DNA of 33,129 bases from a virus. Lineage: Duplodnaviria; Heunggongvirae; Uroviricota; Caudoviricetes. Below, piece after piece: positions 10,179-20,355 of this stretch; position 1 is the stretch's first letter, and each line of letters begins with the position of its first letter. The translations under genes were made by a program, and so were the position numbers. The stretch is taken from the IMG/VR virus record IMGVR_UViG_2579778745_000007, positions 1 through 33,129 of that record, one strand, 5' to 3'. The notes under the pieces are model-generated. The model had not been told where the DNA came from and did not search any database. It was given only the letters and a program-made list of their open reading frames with translations.

Positions 10179-11407
10179 GCGAGTTGAGTTATCTGGAAAA
10201 ATTGCTGGATGGAGTTAAGGTTGAGTGGAAAACACTAGAGAAAGTGCTTAAACGAACTAAAGGCACAAAAATAACCGCTGGGCAGATGAAAGCTCTTCAC
10301 AAAGATAATGCGCCGCTTAAAATTTTTGCAGGGGGAAAAACAGTAGCCTTTGTTGACTTTAAAGATATTCCAGAGAAAGATATTAATAGAGAGCCATCGA
10401 TCATTGTTAAATCCAGAGGTATTATCGAATTCGAGTATTACGATAAACCATTCTCTCACAAAAATGAGATGTGGTCATATCACTCAAATAATGATGCGAT
10501 AAGCATAAAGTATATTTATTACTTCCTAAAAATAAATGAAGGATATTTCCAGAAAATTGGGGGTAAAATGCAAATGCCACAAATTGCAACTCCTGATACA
10601 GATAAGTTTGAAGTTCCAATCCCCTGCCCGGATAATCCGGAAAAATCCCTAGCCATCCAGTCTGAAATCGTTCGGATTCTGGATAAGTTTACTGCACTTA
10701 CCGCTGAGCTTACCGCTGAGCTTAACATGCGTAAAAAACAGTACAACTACTATCGCGACCAGTTGTTGAGTTTTAAAGAGGGTGAGGTTGAGTGGAAGAC
10801 TTTGGGGGAAATTGGGAATTTTACATATGGATATGCAGCCAAAGCCATGGACTCAGGAGATGCCCGTTTCGTGAGAATTACTGACATAAATAAAGACGGG
10901 AAGCTATCGAAAGAAAACCCAATGTACGTTGAATTAAATGAGGAAAATGAGAAATATACCTTAGACAAAAATGATTTACTCATGGCAAGGACTGGTGCAA
11001 CCTTTGGTAAAACAATGATTTTTGAAGAAGATTATCCAGCAGTATACGCTGGTTTTTTAATAAAGTTGAACCTAAATGAAACGATTATTAATGCCAAATA
11101 TTACTGGCACTTTGCACAAAGTGATTTTTTTTGGGAACAGGCTAATAAATTAGTATCTGGTGGTGGGCAACCACAGTTTAATGCTAATGCACTGAAACAA
11201 GTCAGAGTACCTATTCCATACCCATCTCACCCTCAAAAATCTTTAGACGAACAGGGGCGTATTGTGGATATTCTAGATAAGTTTGATGCAATCGCAGCTT
11301 CCATCACCGAAGGTCTTCCGCGTGAAATCGAGTTGCGCCAGAAACAATACGAATATTATCGTGATTTACTGTTCAGTTTCCCGAAACCTGAAACTGTCAG
11401 TAATTAA
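10175..11407 (+). CDS. hsdS: Type I R-M specificity subunit HsdS (type IC architecture)
   Basis: Two AT-rich variable regions separated by a conserved central region with TAEL-TAEL repeat; conserved C-terminal ...[23 protein letters not shown]. Confidence 0.9.
   Translation: MSELSYLEKLLDGVKVEWKTLEKVLKRTKGTKITAGQMKALHKDNAPLKIFAGGKTVAFVDFKDIPEKDINREPSIIVKSRGIIEFEYYDKPFSHKNEMWSYHSNNDAISIKYIYYFLKINEGYFQKIGGKMQMPQIATPDTDKFEVPIPCPDNPEKSLAIQSEIVRILDKFTALTAELTAELNMRKKQYNYYRDQLLSFKEGEVEWKTLGEIGNFTYGYAAKAMDSGDARFVRITDINKDGKLSKENPMYVELNEENEKYTLDKNDLLMARTGATFGKTMIFEEDYPAVYAGFLIKLNLNETIINAKYYWHFAQSDFFWEQANKLVSGGGQPQFNANALKQVRVPIPYPSHPQKSLDEQGRIVDILDKFDAIAASITEGLPREIELRQKQYEYYRDLLFSFPKPETVSN
10697..10720 (+). 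repeat. Two tandem copies of the 12-bp repeat CTTACCGCTGAG (encoding TAEL) in the hsdS central conserved region
   Basis: Direct read of sequence; a partial third unit CTTA follows. Confidence 0.9.
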
Positions 11408-11528
11408 TTGACCATTGCTACCGACCGGGCCACCTTAACACCCGGTCAGTATATAGACTATTTTTTACACGCCGGAAGTCGCCCTTAAAGCCCTTCCGGC
11501 CCTTGCCAGACGGCACAAAGGATGCGCT

Positions 11529-14500
11529 ATGACTCATCAGACACACACCATTGCTGAATCCAATAATTTTATCGTTCTTGATAAGTACATCAAAGCTGAG
11601 CCAACAGGCGACAGCTACCAGAGCGAATCGGACCTGGAACGCGAACTGATACAGGACCTACGGAATCAGGGCTATGAATTTATTTCGGTAAAATCACAGT
11701 CAGCGATGCTGGCCAACGTTCGGGAACAGCTTCAGAGCCTCAATGGTGTGGTGTTTAATGACAGCGAGTGGCGGCGTTTCACGGAGCAGTATCTGGACAA
11801 CCCGAGCGATGGCATTCTGGATAAGACCCGTAAAATCCATATCGACTATATTTGCGACTTTATTTTTGATGACGAGCGACTTGAGAACATCTATTTGATA
11901 GATAAAAAGAATCTCATGCGCAATAAGGTGCAGATTATCCAGCAGTTTGAACAGACGGGTTCTCATGCTAACCGTTATGACGTCACGATCCTGGTTAATG
12001 GCTTACCACTGGTACAAATCGAACTGAAAAAGCGCGGCGTGGCGATTCGTGAGGCTTTCAACCAGATACATCGTTACAGTAAAGAGAGTTTTAACAGCGA
12101 AAATTCCCTGTTTAAGTATCTGCAACTGTTTGTCATTTCTAACGGCACCGATACCCGTTATTTTGCCAACACAACAAAGCGCGATAAAAACAGTTTTGAC
12201 TTCACCATGAACTGGGCGAAATCAGACAATACACTGATTAAAGACCTCAAAGACTTTACCGCTACCTTTTTCCAGAAACATACTCTGCTTAATGTTCTGG
12301 TGAACTACAGCGTTTTTGACAGTAGTCAGACGCTACTGGTGATGCGACCGTACCAGATTGCCGCCACCGAACGAATCTTATGGAAAATCAACAGCTCCTA
12401 TAAAGCGAAAAACTGGTCTAACCCCGAAAGCGGTGGCTTTATCTGGCACACCACCGGTTCTGGTAAAACCCTCACCAGCTTTAAAGCCGCGCGGCTGGCA
12501 ACAGAACTGGACTTTATTGATAAAGTCTTCTTCGTGGTCGACAGGAAAGACCTCGATTACCAGACTATGAAGGAATATCAGCGTTTTTCGCCAGATAGTG
12601 TTAACGGCTCGGAAAATACCGCAGGTCTAAAACGAAATCTGGATAAGGACGATAACAAAATTATCGTCACCACTATTCAGAAACTTAATAACCTGATGAA
12701 AGCAGAAAGCGACCTGCCTGTATACAATCAGCAAGTGGTGTTTATATTTGATGAATGCCACCGCAGCCAGTTTGGAGAAGCGCAGAAAAACCTGAAGAAG
12801 AAATTCAAACGCTATTATCAGTTTGGTTTTACCGGCACTCCTATTTTCCCGGAAAACGCTTTAGGTTCAGAAACGACCGCCAGCGTATTTGGTCGTGAAT
12901 TGCATTCGTATGTAATTACCGATGCGATTCGAGATGAAAAAGTGCTTAAATTCAAGGTGGACTACAACGATGTGCGGCCACAGTTTAAGTCTTTAGAGAC
13001 AGAAACCGACGAGAAAAAACTGAGTGCGGCTGAAAATCAGCAGGCGTTTCTTCATCCCATGCGTATACAGGAAATTACGCAATATATTCTGAATAACTTC
13101 CGCCAGAAGACCCACCGTACTTTCCCAGGTTCCAAAGGCTTTAATGCCATGCTGGCAGTGAGTAGCGTGGATGCCGCGAAAGCCTATTACGCGACGTTTA
13201 AACGGTTACAAGAGGAAGCAGCTAATAAATCGGCTACCTATAAACCGCTGCGTGTTGCGACAATCTTCTCCTTTGCCGCCAATGAAGAACAAAATGCCAT
13301 TGGTGAAATTTCCGATGAAACTTTTGATACCAGCGCAATGGACAGCAGTGCTAAAGAGTTTCTTGACGCTGCAATTCGTGAGTATAACAGCTATTTTAAA
13401 ACTAACTTCAGCACCGACAGTAACGGTTTTCAGAACTACTATCGTGATTTAGCCCAACGGGTTAAAAATCAGGATATCGATCTGTTAATTGTCGTTGGGA
13501 TGTTTTTAACCGGCTTCGACGCTCCAACATTGAACACGCTATTCGTCGATAAAAACTTGCGTTTTCACGGCCTGATGCAGGCATTCTCCCGCACCAACCG
13601 CATTTATGACGCTACTAAAACCTTCGGTAACATCGTCACTTTTCGGGATCTGGAACGCTCAACTATTGATGCCATAACGCTGTTTGGTGACAAAAACACC
13701 AAAAATGTGGTGTTAGAAAAGAGTTATACAGAGTATATGGAAGGCTTTACTGATGCTGCTACTGGTGAAGCTAAACGCGGCTTCATGACAGTAGTTTCAG
13801 AACTGGAACAACGGTTCCCTGACCCTACCAGTATTGAAAGTGAAAAAGAGAAGAAAGACTTCGTTAAACTGTTTGGCGAATACCTGCGTGCCGAGAACAT
13901 CCTGCAAAACTATGATGAATTTGCCACGCTAAAAGCCCTGCAACAAATCGATCTTAGCGATCCTGTTGCGGTAGAAAAATTCAAAGCAGAACATTATGTG
14001 GATGATGAAAAGTTCGCTGAATTGCAAACAATTCGTCTCCCTGCTGATCGCAAGATTCAGGATTATCGTTCGGCCTATAACGATATTCGCGACTGGCAGC
14101 GCCGTGAGAAAGAAGCTGAGAAAAAAGAGAAATCAACCACTGACTGGGATGACGTAGTTTTTGAGGTCGATTTGCTGAAGTCTCAGGAAATAAACCTGGA
14201 TTATATCCTTGGACTGATTTTCGAACACAACAGACAAAATAAAGGCAAGGGCGAAATGATCGAAGAGGTCAAACGCTTAATTCGTTCAAGCCTAGGGAAC
14301 CGTGCTAAAGAGGGCCTGGTGGTCGATTTTATTCAGCAAACGAACCTGGATGATTTACCGGACAAAGCCAGCATCATTGACGCATTCTTTACGTTTGCTC
14401 AACGCGAACAGCAACGTGAAGCAGAAGCATTGATAAAAGAAGAAAATCTCAATGAAGATGCAGCAAAACGCTATATTCGCACGTCTTTAAAACGCGAATA

Positions 14501-14645
14501 TGCCACCGAAAATGGCACAGAATTAAACGAAACATTACCAAAACTTAGTCCGTTAAATCCGCAATATAAAACGAAAAAACAGGCAGTTTTCCAGAAAATC
14601 GTCTCGTTTATTGAGAAGTTTAAAGGCGTAGGCGGAAAAATATAG
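11529..14645 (+). CDS. hsdR: Type I restriction enzyme endonuclease/translocase subunit HsdR (1038 aa)
   Basis: Helicase motif I TGSGKT, motif II DECH, motif [10 protein letters not shown]; size typical of type IC HsdR. Confidence 0.95.
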   Translation: MTHQTHTIAESNNFIVLDKYIKAEPTGDSYQSESDLERELIQDLRNQGYEFISVKSQSAMLANVREQLQSLNGVVFNDSEWRRFTEQYLDNPSDGILDKTRKIHIDYICDFIFDDERLENIYLIDKKNLMRNKVQIIQQFEQTGSHANRYDVTILVNGLPLVQIELKKRGVAIREAFNQIHRYSKESFNSENSLFKYLQLFVISNGTDTRYFANTTKRDKNSFDFTMNWAKSDNTLIKDLKDFTATFFQKHTLLNVLVNYSVFDSSQTLLVMRPYQIAATERILWKINSSYKAKNWSNPESGGFIWHTTGSGKTLTSFKAARLATELDFIDKVFFVVDRKDLDYQTMKEYQRFSPDSVNGSENTAGLKRNLDKDDNKIIVTTIQKLNNLMKAESDLPVYNQQVVFIFDECHRSQFGEAQKNLKKKFKRYYQFGFTGTPIFPENALGSETTASVFGRELHSYVITDAIRDEKVLKFKVDYNDVRPQFKSLETETDEKKLSAAENQQAFLHPMRIQEITQYILNNFRQKTHRTFPGSKGFNAMLAVSSVDAAKAYYATFKRLQEEAANKSATYKPLRVATIFSFAANEEQNAIGEISDETFDTSAMDSSAKEFLDAAIREYNSYFKTNFSTDSNGFQNYYRDLAQRVKNQDIDLLIVVGMFLTGFDAPTLNTLFVDKNLRFHGLMQAFSRTNRIYDATKTFGNIVTFRDLERSTIDAITLFGDKNTKNVVLEKSYTEYMEGFTDAATGEAKRGFMTVVSELEQRFPDPTSIESEKEKKDFVKLFGEYLRAENILQNYDEFATLKALQQIDLSDPVAVEKFKAEHYVDDEKFAELQTIRLPADRKIQDYRSAYNDIRDWQRREKEAEKKEKSTTDWDDVVFEVDLLKSQEINLDYILGLIFEHNRQNKGKGEMIEEVKRLIRSSLGNRAKEGLVVDFIQQTNLDDLPDKASIIDAFFTFAQREQQREAEALIKEENLNEDAAKRYIRTSLKREYATENGTELNETLPKLSPLNPQYKTKKQAVFQKIVSFIEKFKGVGGKI

Positions 14646-14661
14646 CCCAATTCGTGTTTTT

Positions 14662-14689
14662 CTTGCGGGTTCTTAATTAAACCCGCAAG
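14662..14689. repeat. Perfect 10-bp inverted repeat (CTTGCGGGTT / AACCCGCAAG) with 8-nt loop, 17 bp after hsdR stop
   Basis: Direct read; T-run precedes rather than follows the stem on the plus strand, so not a canonical terminator. Confidence 0.5.
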
Positions 14690-14724
14690 AGACCGTGGGG
14701 TTCCAAATGGCTAATATACTCCCC

Positions 14725-14811
14725 TTACCTATGCGCGACAATGCTGCCAAAAGTGATAAAGAACAGCCAGAAATAGATCGCGGCCATAATGATTTTGAAT
14801 GCCGTGCTCAT
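14725..14811 (-). CDS. 28-aa hydrophobic peptide candidate (MSTAFKIIMAAIYFWLFFITFGSIVAHR)
   Basis: AGGAG RBS 8 nt upstream of ATG; single predicted transmembrane-like helix; below ORF-track length cutoff. Confidence 0.3.
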   Translation of the reverse strand: MSTAFKIIMAAIYFWLFFITFGSIVAHR

Positions 14812-14839
14812 ATTTTCAGCTCCTGTGATTGATTGGATA

Positions 14840-14870
14840 CATGCCGCGCCTTGCGGCATGTTTTTATTTT
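14840..14870 (+). terminator. Rho-independent terminator (8-bp stem CATGCCGC/GCGGCATG, loop GCCTT, then TTTTTATTTT)
   Basis: Canonical GC-rich hairpin plus T tract on plus strand; likely terminates hsdR transcript. Confidence 0.7.
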
Positions 14871-14909
14871 CACTTTCTCTGTTTTAAAAATCAATATTTA
14901 TTTGAGCAA

Positions 14910-15416
14910 TTATTGCTGATGAAGAAGCGCATTTTCATACTCCCTGACCATTAACGTAAGCACGCCGTGCCTCCTGAAAACACGCGCCACTTCAATCTTA
15001 TCTTCCAGCGCGAACGCGATTTTACTTAGACCAATTTTCTTAAGGAGATCAATCTTTGCTGGGCCGTCATTTCTGTCATCGGTGGCAGGACGCATAGATA
15101 GCAAAGGCTCAGCCCCGTTTGTTACGTACTTCCGCAGCCAGGCTCGTGTTTTATCCCTTGCGATCTCACAGCGCCCGGTTACAAACCAGACCGTGTAAAC
15201 GTTAAATAACTGGCGCACCATATCAATAACTGGAGTTATGGGAGTATCGGTGTCACAGGCGAGATTAAACTCGTTCCAGTCCTTTGTTAATGCACCTTTA
15301 CCTGGTGGCGGAAGCAAATGCAGTCTGTCTTCAGTTGCCTCTGATATTGTTCCATCAATATCGACTATGACGATATACGGACGTTCCTGGTGTGCGTGTT
15401 TATTGAAAATACTCAA
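14910..15416 (-). CDS. HAD-superfamily phosphatase-like protein (168 aa)
   Basis: N-terminal HAD motif I VIVDIDGT; downstream conserved T/K/D positions consistent with HAD fold. Confidence 0.5.
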   Translation of the reverse strand: MSIFNKHAHQERPYIVIVDIDGTISEATEDRLHLLPPPGKGALTKDWNEFNLACDTDTPITPVIDMVRQLFNVYTVWFVTGRCEIARDKTRAWLRKYVTNGAEPLLSMRPATDDRNDGPAKIDLLKKIGLSKIAFALEDKIEVARVFRRHGVLTLMVREYENALLHQQ

Positions 15417-15488
15417 ATGCCCTCCTCATTGGACGAAAAAAATGCTGGTGGGCGCACTCCACCAGCATTAAATGTGACACTGTAACTA

Positions 15489-16751
15489 TCAGCGGACGTA
15501 AATAGTGCCGCCGTTCTCTTTTTCCCATGCATCGCTAAGTGCATAGCAAACATCAAGAAGTCTTCTTGCCGCTGTTTCCTCTAAACCCAATTCGACAACC
15601 AACTGCTCATGACGGCGGGTAACCACATCAAACAGGGTATGCAGCCCTTTAGTTGCCAGATCATCAATGAATTCCGGTTCGAACGGCAGCTCTGCATCTG
15701 CCAACATAACCTCTTGCGCCCACTCAACTCGACGGACCAGTTCCGGGCGGCGGCTTTCCATCTCTTTACAGATCAATTCATGGAAGAACTCTACCCAACC
15801 TTCCGGCTGGAACTCGCGGAAAATTGCCAACGGCTGGAAGTTTGGCATCAACCATTCGTTGATTCGGATATCAATGGCATAGCCCATGTCGCAGCAGAAC
15901 TGATAAGCAAAGTCCAGCTTAGAAACGATATAAGGACGCTCGTTATTGAACTCTTTAGGCGATGAGATCCCATAAGCCAGGAGGCGCGGGAAGAAGGAGA
16001 TTTGCCCTAACGTCGGATGAAGTTTGCTTGCAGGGAAACGTCGCTCAGTAATGCCATACATTTCCTTCTTGAGCGTCGCAAATTTAGCATTTTCATTAAC
16101 CAGCTCGGTAACCTCTGCTTTTTTATTAGCAAATGCCACGCGCGCCTCGCTTGCATCTTTAATAGCCTTTTTGAGCTGTTGGTTAAGGTCAGCGACCTGC
16201 TTACGCAGTTCCTGTCGCTCACTTTTGGCTTTGTTATGGCGTTTCTCAAGGTTAAAAGGATCAAGTTTCATGATCTCTTTATATTGAGATTTTAGCGTTG
16301 AAATCTGTGAGTTCCGCAGTTCAACCATCGCGGTCATTTCATTGAGTTTTGTTTCCAGCTCAATGCTTATACGTTCGGCATTATCAGCACGCTGGTTGGC
16401 GTCATGCGTCGCATCGTCGATCGCGTCCTGTTGCTGGCGTTTCAAATGTTCAATTTGCAGCTGAAGCTCTTCAATTTCTTTATCCTTCAGACCGAGATCC
16501 AACTGCATATTTTCAGCTGCATCTACCAGGGAGTTATGGCTATCAGCTTCTGCGTTATAAACATCAATAAGCTGTGCGTGAAGCATCTCCGCTGACTGAA
16601 CCGCATTATCAAAAAAACGCGCTGTGAGGTCATCACAACTAACGCGGCGTTGCGCGGCCCGGATGTTCTGGATAATGGCCGGGATACCGGCATTCAGGAC
16701 GTCAGGGATAGATACATTTTCGATTGATTGGTTTTGTGCTGAAGTGATCAT
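15489..16751 (-). CDS. Hypothetical protein with long N-terminal coiled-coil region and globular C-terminal domain (420 aa)
   Basis: Heptad-rich, charged segment over roughly residues 70-220; no recognisable catalytic motif. Confidence 0.45.
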   Translation of the reverse strand: MITSAQNQSIENVSIPDVLNAGIPAIIQNIRAAQRRVSCDDLTARFFDNAVQSAEMLHAQLIDVYNAEADSHNSLVDAAENMQLDLGLKDKEIEELQLQIEHLKRQQQDAIDDATHDANQRADNAERISIELETKLNEMTAMVELRNSQISTLKSQYKEIMKLDPFNLEKRHNKAKSERQELRKQVADLNQQLKKAIKDASEARVAFANKKAEVTELVNENAKFATLKKEMYGITERRFPASKLHPTLGQISFFPRLLAYGISSPKEFNNERPYIVSKLDFAYQFCCDMGYAIDIRINEWLMPNFQPLAIFREFQPEGWVEFFHELICKEMESRRPELVRRVEWAQEVMLADAELPFEPEFIDDLATKGLHTLFDVVTRRHEQLVVELGLEETAARRLLDVCYALSDAWEKENGGTIYVR

Positions 16752-16752
16752 T

Positions 16753-16971
16753 TCAAAGTTCCGTATTAGCTTGTGCTTCGGTCATTTTTCCTAAGTATGA
16801 AGGAGGAAGGACTACGCAATTTGTATCCAGTCCCTCACCTATGGCAGCCTGTAAAATTCTGGCTAAGGTGAGTCTCTTGTTGCGATACCTGGTGATGACA
16901 TGCCTGATACCGCCGGTCGGCGTAACAAAGGCGATCAGCCAGTAGTGATATTTCCGTCGGAATGGCCACAT
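16753..16971 (-). CDS. Small hypothetical protein (72 aa from internal Met)
   Basis: ORF-track start at 17007 would overlap the operator at 16986-17002, so Met at 16971 preferred; stop adjacent to downstream ORF start. Confidence 0.3.
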   Translation of the reverse strand: MWPFRRKYHYWLIAFVTPTGGIRHVITRYRNKRLTLARILQAAIGEGLDTNCVVLPPSYLGKMTEAQANTEL

Positions 16972-16985
16972 AGTGCACCTTTTGG

Positions 16986-17002
16986 ATTGCTCTAATAAAA
17001 AA
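16986..17002 (+). promoter_or_regulatory. C1 operator-like site (ATTGCTCTAATAAAAAA)
   Basis: 14/17 to consensus; partner site in opposite orientation 33 bp away. Confidence 0.45.
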
Positions 17003-17034
17003 CGCAATGAGTGTACATCACGTTTTAAAAATAT

Positions 17035-17051
17035 GGAATTATTAGAGCAAT
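17035..17051 (-). promoter_or_regulatory. C1 operator-like site (reads ATTGCTCTAATAATTCC on minus strand)
   Basis: 14/17 to consensus; almost identical to the site at 44-60. Confidence 0.45.
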
Positions 17052-17052
17052 A

Positions 17053-17754
17053 TTATTCTGATTCTCGCTCAAAAAACGAGCTAATAAGGGGAAGCCAATC
17101 CTCTGACACTTCGCGAGGTCGCGGTTTGCCGTGGAAAAAGATTATTCGGCAGTCCTTTGGTAATGCCCCATTCCCCCTGGAGTAACGCGCGCTCGCATAT
17201 TTTGAACCAGGTTCCACAACATCGGCCTTGTAACTTACAAACCATCCTGGATACAGATCCTGAAATGCTGGTGTATCATCGCCCATAACCTTCCGTAAGA
17301 ACCCCTGATCACCCCAGCACTCAGTAGTGACACAACGAGAAATCCAACCTTCCGGATCTTGCCAGAATGAACTCCAGATATGCGCTTTAACACTATTTGG
17401 TATCCACAAGGCACCGCTGCCACGATATTGTGGATGGTAAAAATCCCTAAGCATGGTGAAGCTGGTTGGTGGATGCTCTAGGATTGGGCGTATATCACCG
17501 GCAATAACCGTGTCCAAATCCAGATAGAACAGATCATCGGTTATATCCGGTCGGAACAACTCGATTTTCGCCCACCAGCCACGGCACTTTTGCCACTGGT
17601 TGATCAATGGGACAACTTTGACGCCAGGTACATGTAAACGCTTCAGGTCTGTCAGGCAAATAATTTCATAGCCTTTTGGCAGTTGATTAACCAGCCACTG
17701 CACATCGGAAGCGTTATAGTCACCACCAGAGCGAAAAACTAAAGCAATCTTCAT
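17053..17754 (-). CDS. Hypothetical enzyme, possible GT-A-like nucleotide-sugar transferase (233 aa)
   Basis: Hydrophobic stretch followed by DLD (LFYLDLDTV), resembling a DxD motif; weak call. Confidence 0.3.
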   Translation of the reverse strand: MKIALVFRSGGDYNASDVQWLVNQLPKGYEIICLTDLKRLHVPGVKVVPLINQWQKCRGWWAKIELFRPDITDDLFYLDLDTVIAGDIRPILEHPPTSFTMLRDFYHPQYRGSGALWIPNSVKAHIWSSFWQDPEGWISRCVTTECWGDQGFLRKVMGDDTPAFQDLYPGWFVSYKADVVEPGSKYASARYSRGNGALPKDCRIIFFHGKPRPREVSEDWLPLISSFFERESE

Positions 17755-18443
17755 GCTGCACCATCACCTTTCACTTTCATCAATGTCAGGTTTCCGCAAA
17801 ATACGGCACCAGTGTCGATATACTGCTGATTCCAGAATGTCTTCGGGCTTTTCACCGGAGTGTGACCAAAGATAAAACGATCTGCGCCCGAAATTTCGCC
17901 ACCAATATCATCCATCGAATCACTGATACGCTCGCGCGCCCAGACAACGTTGAAAAGCGGCACCTCCTTACCGAATTGGTATTCATTATCCGGATAGTCG
18001 GCATGGGCTATAACGATAGTTTCTTGCCCGGTGTTCAACTCAATGATATAGGGCAGACGCTTTACCAGCTCCACCAGCGCCCAGGCTAATATTTCCTGAT
18101 CAGTGTCCAGCATGAAGAACCATTGTCCGCCATTCATTAGCCAGTTATTCACGTTGCCATCTGGACTTAACGCATCAATCATCAGCCGCTCATGGTTCCC
18201 CATCACTGCCCTGAACCAGGGCATCTGCAATAGTTCCAGACATTCGACATTTTCAGTACCGCGATCGATAAGGTCGCCGACCGATATCAGTAAATCCTGC
18301 GCCGGGTCAAAATCCACACGATGGAGTTCGGACATCAGTCTGGTGTAGCAACCATGCAGATCACCAACAACCCAGACATTCCTGTATTTGGTACCGTCGA
18401 TACGGTGATAAATTGTGGGTGCCATCATGTATTCTTCAGCCAT
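17751..18443 (-). CDS. Ser/Thr protein phosphatase, PPP family (lambda NinI / PrpA-like)
   Basis: Metallophosphatase motifs GDLHG, GDLIDRG, GNHE. Confidence 0.85.
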   Translation of the reverse strand: MAEEYMMAPTIYHRIDGTKYRNVWVVGDLHGCYTRLMSELHRVDFDPAQDLLISVGDLIDRGTENVECLELLQMPWFRAVMGNHERLMIDALSPDGNVNNWLMNGGQWFFMLDTDQEILAWALVELVKRLPYIIELNTGQETIVIAHADYPDNEYQFGKEVPLFNVVWARERISDSMDDIGGEISGADRFIFGHTPVKSPKTFWNQQYIDTGAVFCGNLTLMKVKGDGAA

Positions 18444-19051
18444 TCTTTAAGAGTCATCTGCGGAATACCTCCCATTTTCCCGCATGAAACAACGTCAATC
18501 CGTTCACGCGCAGACTGGAATAACAAAGGCAGGTGACTTAGATTTTTTGGCGTGCCGCCGGAGTGAACGCGTGGTTCTTGTGTAGCGTCAACGCCCACCA
18601 GGGCGACATGTTTGAATCCGATATGGAAAGCCAGGTTCAGAGCGCCATATGCACTATTGCCGCTGGCAATTTCATTCTCATCTTCGCAAAGTCCGAAATG
18701 TGCGGACCAGCGCCACGCCCACCACTCGGGAGAATTCGTATTTTTTGGCTCCATGCCACGTTCAGCCACACGACGGAAGCACAGAACGCCGTCTCTGACT
18801 TCACGTTCTTTAACATCGGGTAGTGCCATGCAATAACAAACACCACGGCGACGGCGGCCACGACCAACGCGCCGCATATTGTCTGGCGATGGATCAAGTG
18901 TGAAAAAATAAGAAGCGCGGTTCAGCCAGTCGATGGCCCCATTGACCGCTATAATCGGCACTCCGCGCGGCGCAACAAAGTTTGCGGCGCTTGGGCCACT
19001 GCCGACGATAATAACGCGATCACTGCCTCTAAATTTATTCTTGGGAAACAT
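18425..19051 (-). CDS. Hypothetical Rossmann-like protein with GSGPS motif (paralog A, 208 aa)
   Basis: N-terminal IIVGSGPS and IIAVNGA motifs; resemblance to DUF115/MptE-like fold is from memory. Confidence 0.4.
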   Translation of the reverse strand: MFPKNKFRGSDRVIIVGSGPSAANFVAPRGVPIIAVNGAIDWLNRASYFFTLDPSPDNMRRVGRGRRRRGVCYCMALPDVKEREVRDGVLCFRRVAERGMEPKNTNSPEWWAWRWSAHFGLCEDENEIASGNSAYGALNLAFHIGFKHVALVGVDATQEPRVHSGGTPKNLSHLPLLFQSARERIDVVSCGKMGGIPQMTLKEWLKNT

Positions 19052-19611
19052 TGAATTGCACTGCTCCTACTTGCATTCAAAATATGTAAATCTGCGTGTT
19101 TTTTGCGGGTATCCAGGAACTGCTGTTGCCATTTTGAAATAGACACCTGCGTTGGATTCCGTAGGGCTTGAGGGTGCGCGCCATGCCAATGAAGGCCGTT
19201 TTGCAGAGAACAGTCATAGCCGACTAATACCACTACTTCAGCCCCTGATTCAGCAGCCAGACTGATAGCCTGCGCGCCGCTATTTACCCCTTCCGCCGGT
19301 CCACAATATCGCCTGTACTCCAACGAAAATGATTTCGCCGCCGCCAGGTTGGCTGTCACTTTGCGGAATCTCCCTCCCGGTATGGTGGATCCGTATTGCT
19401 TCCACCATGACAAATCACCGGCGTATAAGGCATAAATGTCATCGAACATCTGCCAGGAATTGTTAACCGCGATGATTGAACAGCCAGTTTTTTCTATAGC
19501 AGCACAGTCCTCACGAGTGAGTGACGGACCGCTACCGACACAAAAAACAGTCCTAGTCGCCCTGGGTGGTATGTTCATTCTCAGCTGCAAATTCAGCCTC
19601 CAGGCGAGCAT
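18949..19611 (-). CDS. Hypothetical Rossmann-like protein with GSGPS motif (paralog B, 220 aa)
   Basis: FCVGSGPS and IIAVNNS motifs parallel paralog A; 3' end overlaps paralog A start by 103 nt in another frame; alternative start at 19578. Confidence 0.4.
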   Translation of the reverse strand: MLAWRLNLQLRMNIPPRATRTVFCVGSGPSLTREDCAAIEKTGCSIIAVNNSWQMFDDIYALYAGDLSWWKQYGSTIPGGRFRKVTANLAAAKSFSLEYRRYCGPAEGVNSGAQAISLAAESGAEVVVLVGYDCSLQNGLHWHGAHPQALRNPTQVSISKWQQQFLDTRKKHADLHILNASRSSAIQCFPRINLEAVIALLSSAVAQAPQTLLRRAECRL

Positions 19612-19774
19612 TCATTTCAGCGATTACAGGGTCCACTACAGCATCTGTTTCCTGTTCATTACGCGGCATGATCGATGCCAGCGATTCATAATTAGCCTTG
19701 GATGACACGACTATTCTCCCGATGTTAATGTGCGCTATATCAAATGGCGCATATGTACTAATTAATTTATTATT

Positions 19775-20353
19775 TTAAGCAGCATACAACCACTTGTCGC
19801 CGTTCAATACATGCTCAATAGCCTCACCCTTTTTAAGGCTTATGTATTCCAGGATGGCGGTTATCGCTTGTTCTGCACCATACGCAAGAACGACGTAGTA
19901 ACCTTCCTCTCTAAGCCTGCGCATCCAGGCGATCTGCTCTTTCGTCGGGGCTTTACCATTTGGTTCTTTAAGCTCAATTCGCATGCCGTGATAAATACCG
20001 CATGCTTTATCGAGACTCATGTCCGGATAACCTTTTTTCTGCCCTTCAGCCTTCATTTTCCCGGCGGTTGCTTTTGAACGTTTCCCTCCGTTAGGCGTTG
20101 CATGCAACAGCTCATAGATGTCAGGGTGCTTGCGTTCGAAGTAATCAAAAATGAAAACCTGCTCGAAGTGCTCGCAATTTCCGTCGCGCAGGTCTGGGTT
20201 CTTTGCAAGTGCTGCAAGTGCCTTCGCATGTGGAGAAACTTCTTTTACCGGCGCAAGCGATAAGAATGGATCCTTTTTGGTTTTTGGCCCGGGCCGCCCC
20301 TTATTTCGACGCTCACTAAAAGCCTGAAACTCTTCCTCAGTAAAGCGCAACAT
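19775..20353 (-). CDS. VRR-NUC-like PD-(D/E)xK nuclease-domain protein (192 aa)
   Basis: C-terminal GYPDMSLD ... GMRIELKEP pattern typical of VRR-NUC. Confidence 0.5.
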   Translation of the reverse strand: MLRFTEEEFQAFSERRNKGRPGPKTKKDPFLSLAPVKEVSPHAKALAALAKNPDLRDGNCEHFEQVFIFDYFERKHPDIYELLHATPNGGKRSKATAGKMKAEGQKKGYPDMSLDKACGIYHGMRIELKEPNGKAPTKEQIAWMRRLREEGYYVVLAYGAEQAITAILEYISLKKGEAIEHVLNGDKWLYAA

Positions 20354-20355
20354 AA

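Noticed and set aside
19563-19679. 38-aa minus-strand ORF (MPRNEQETDAVVDPVIAEMNARLEAEFAAENEHTTQGD) upstream of paralog B
   Set aside because: It overlaps the annotated N-terminus of the 220-aa gene and has no clear RBS; it may only indicate that the 220-aa gene starts at the internal Met (19578).
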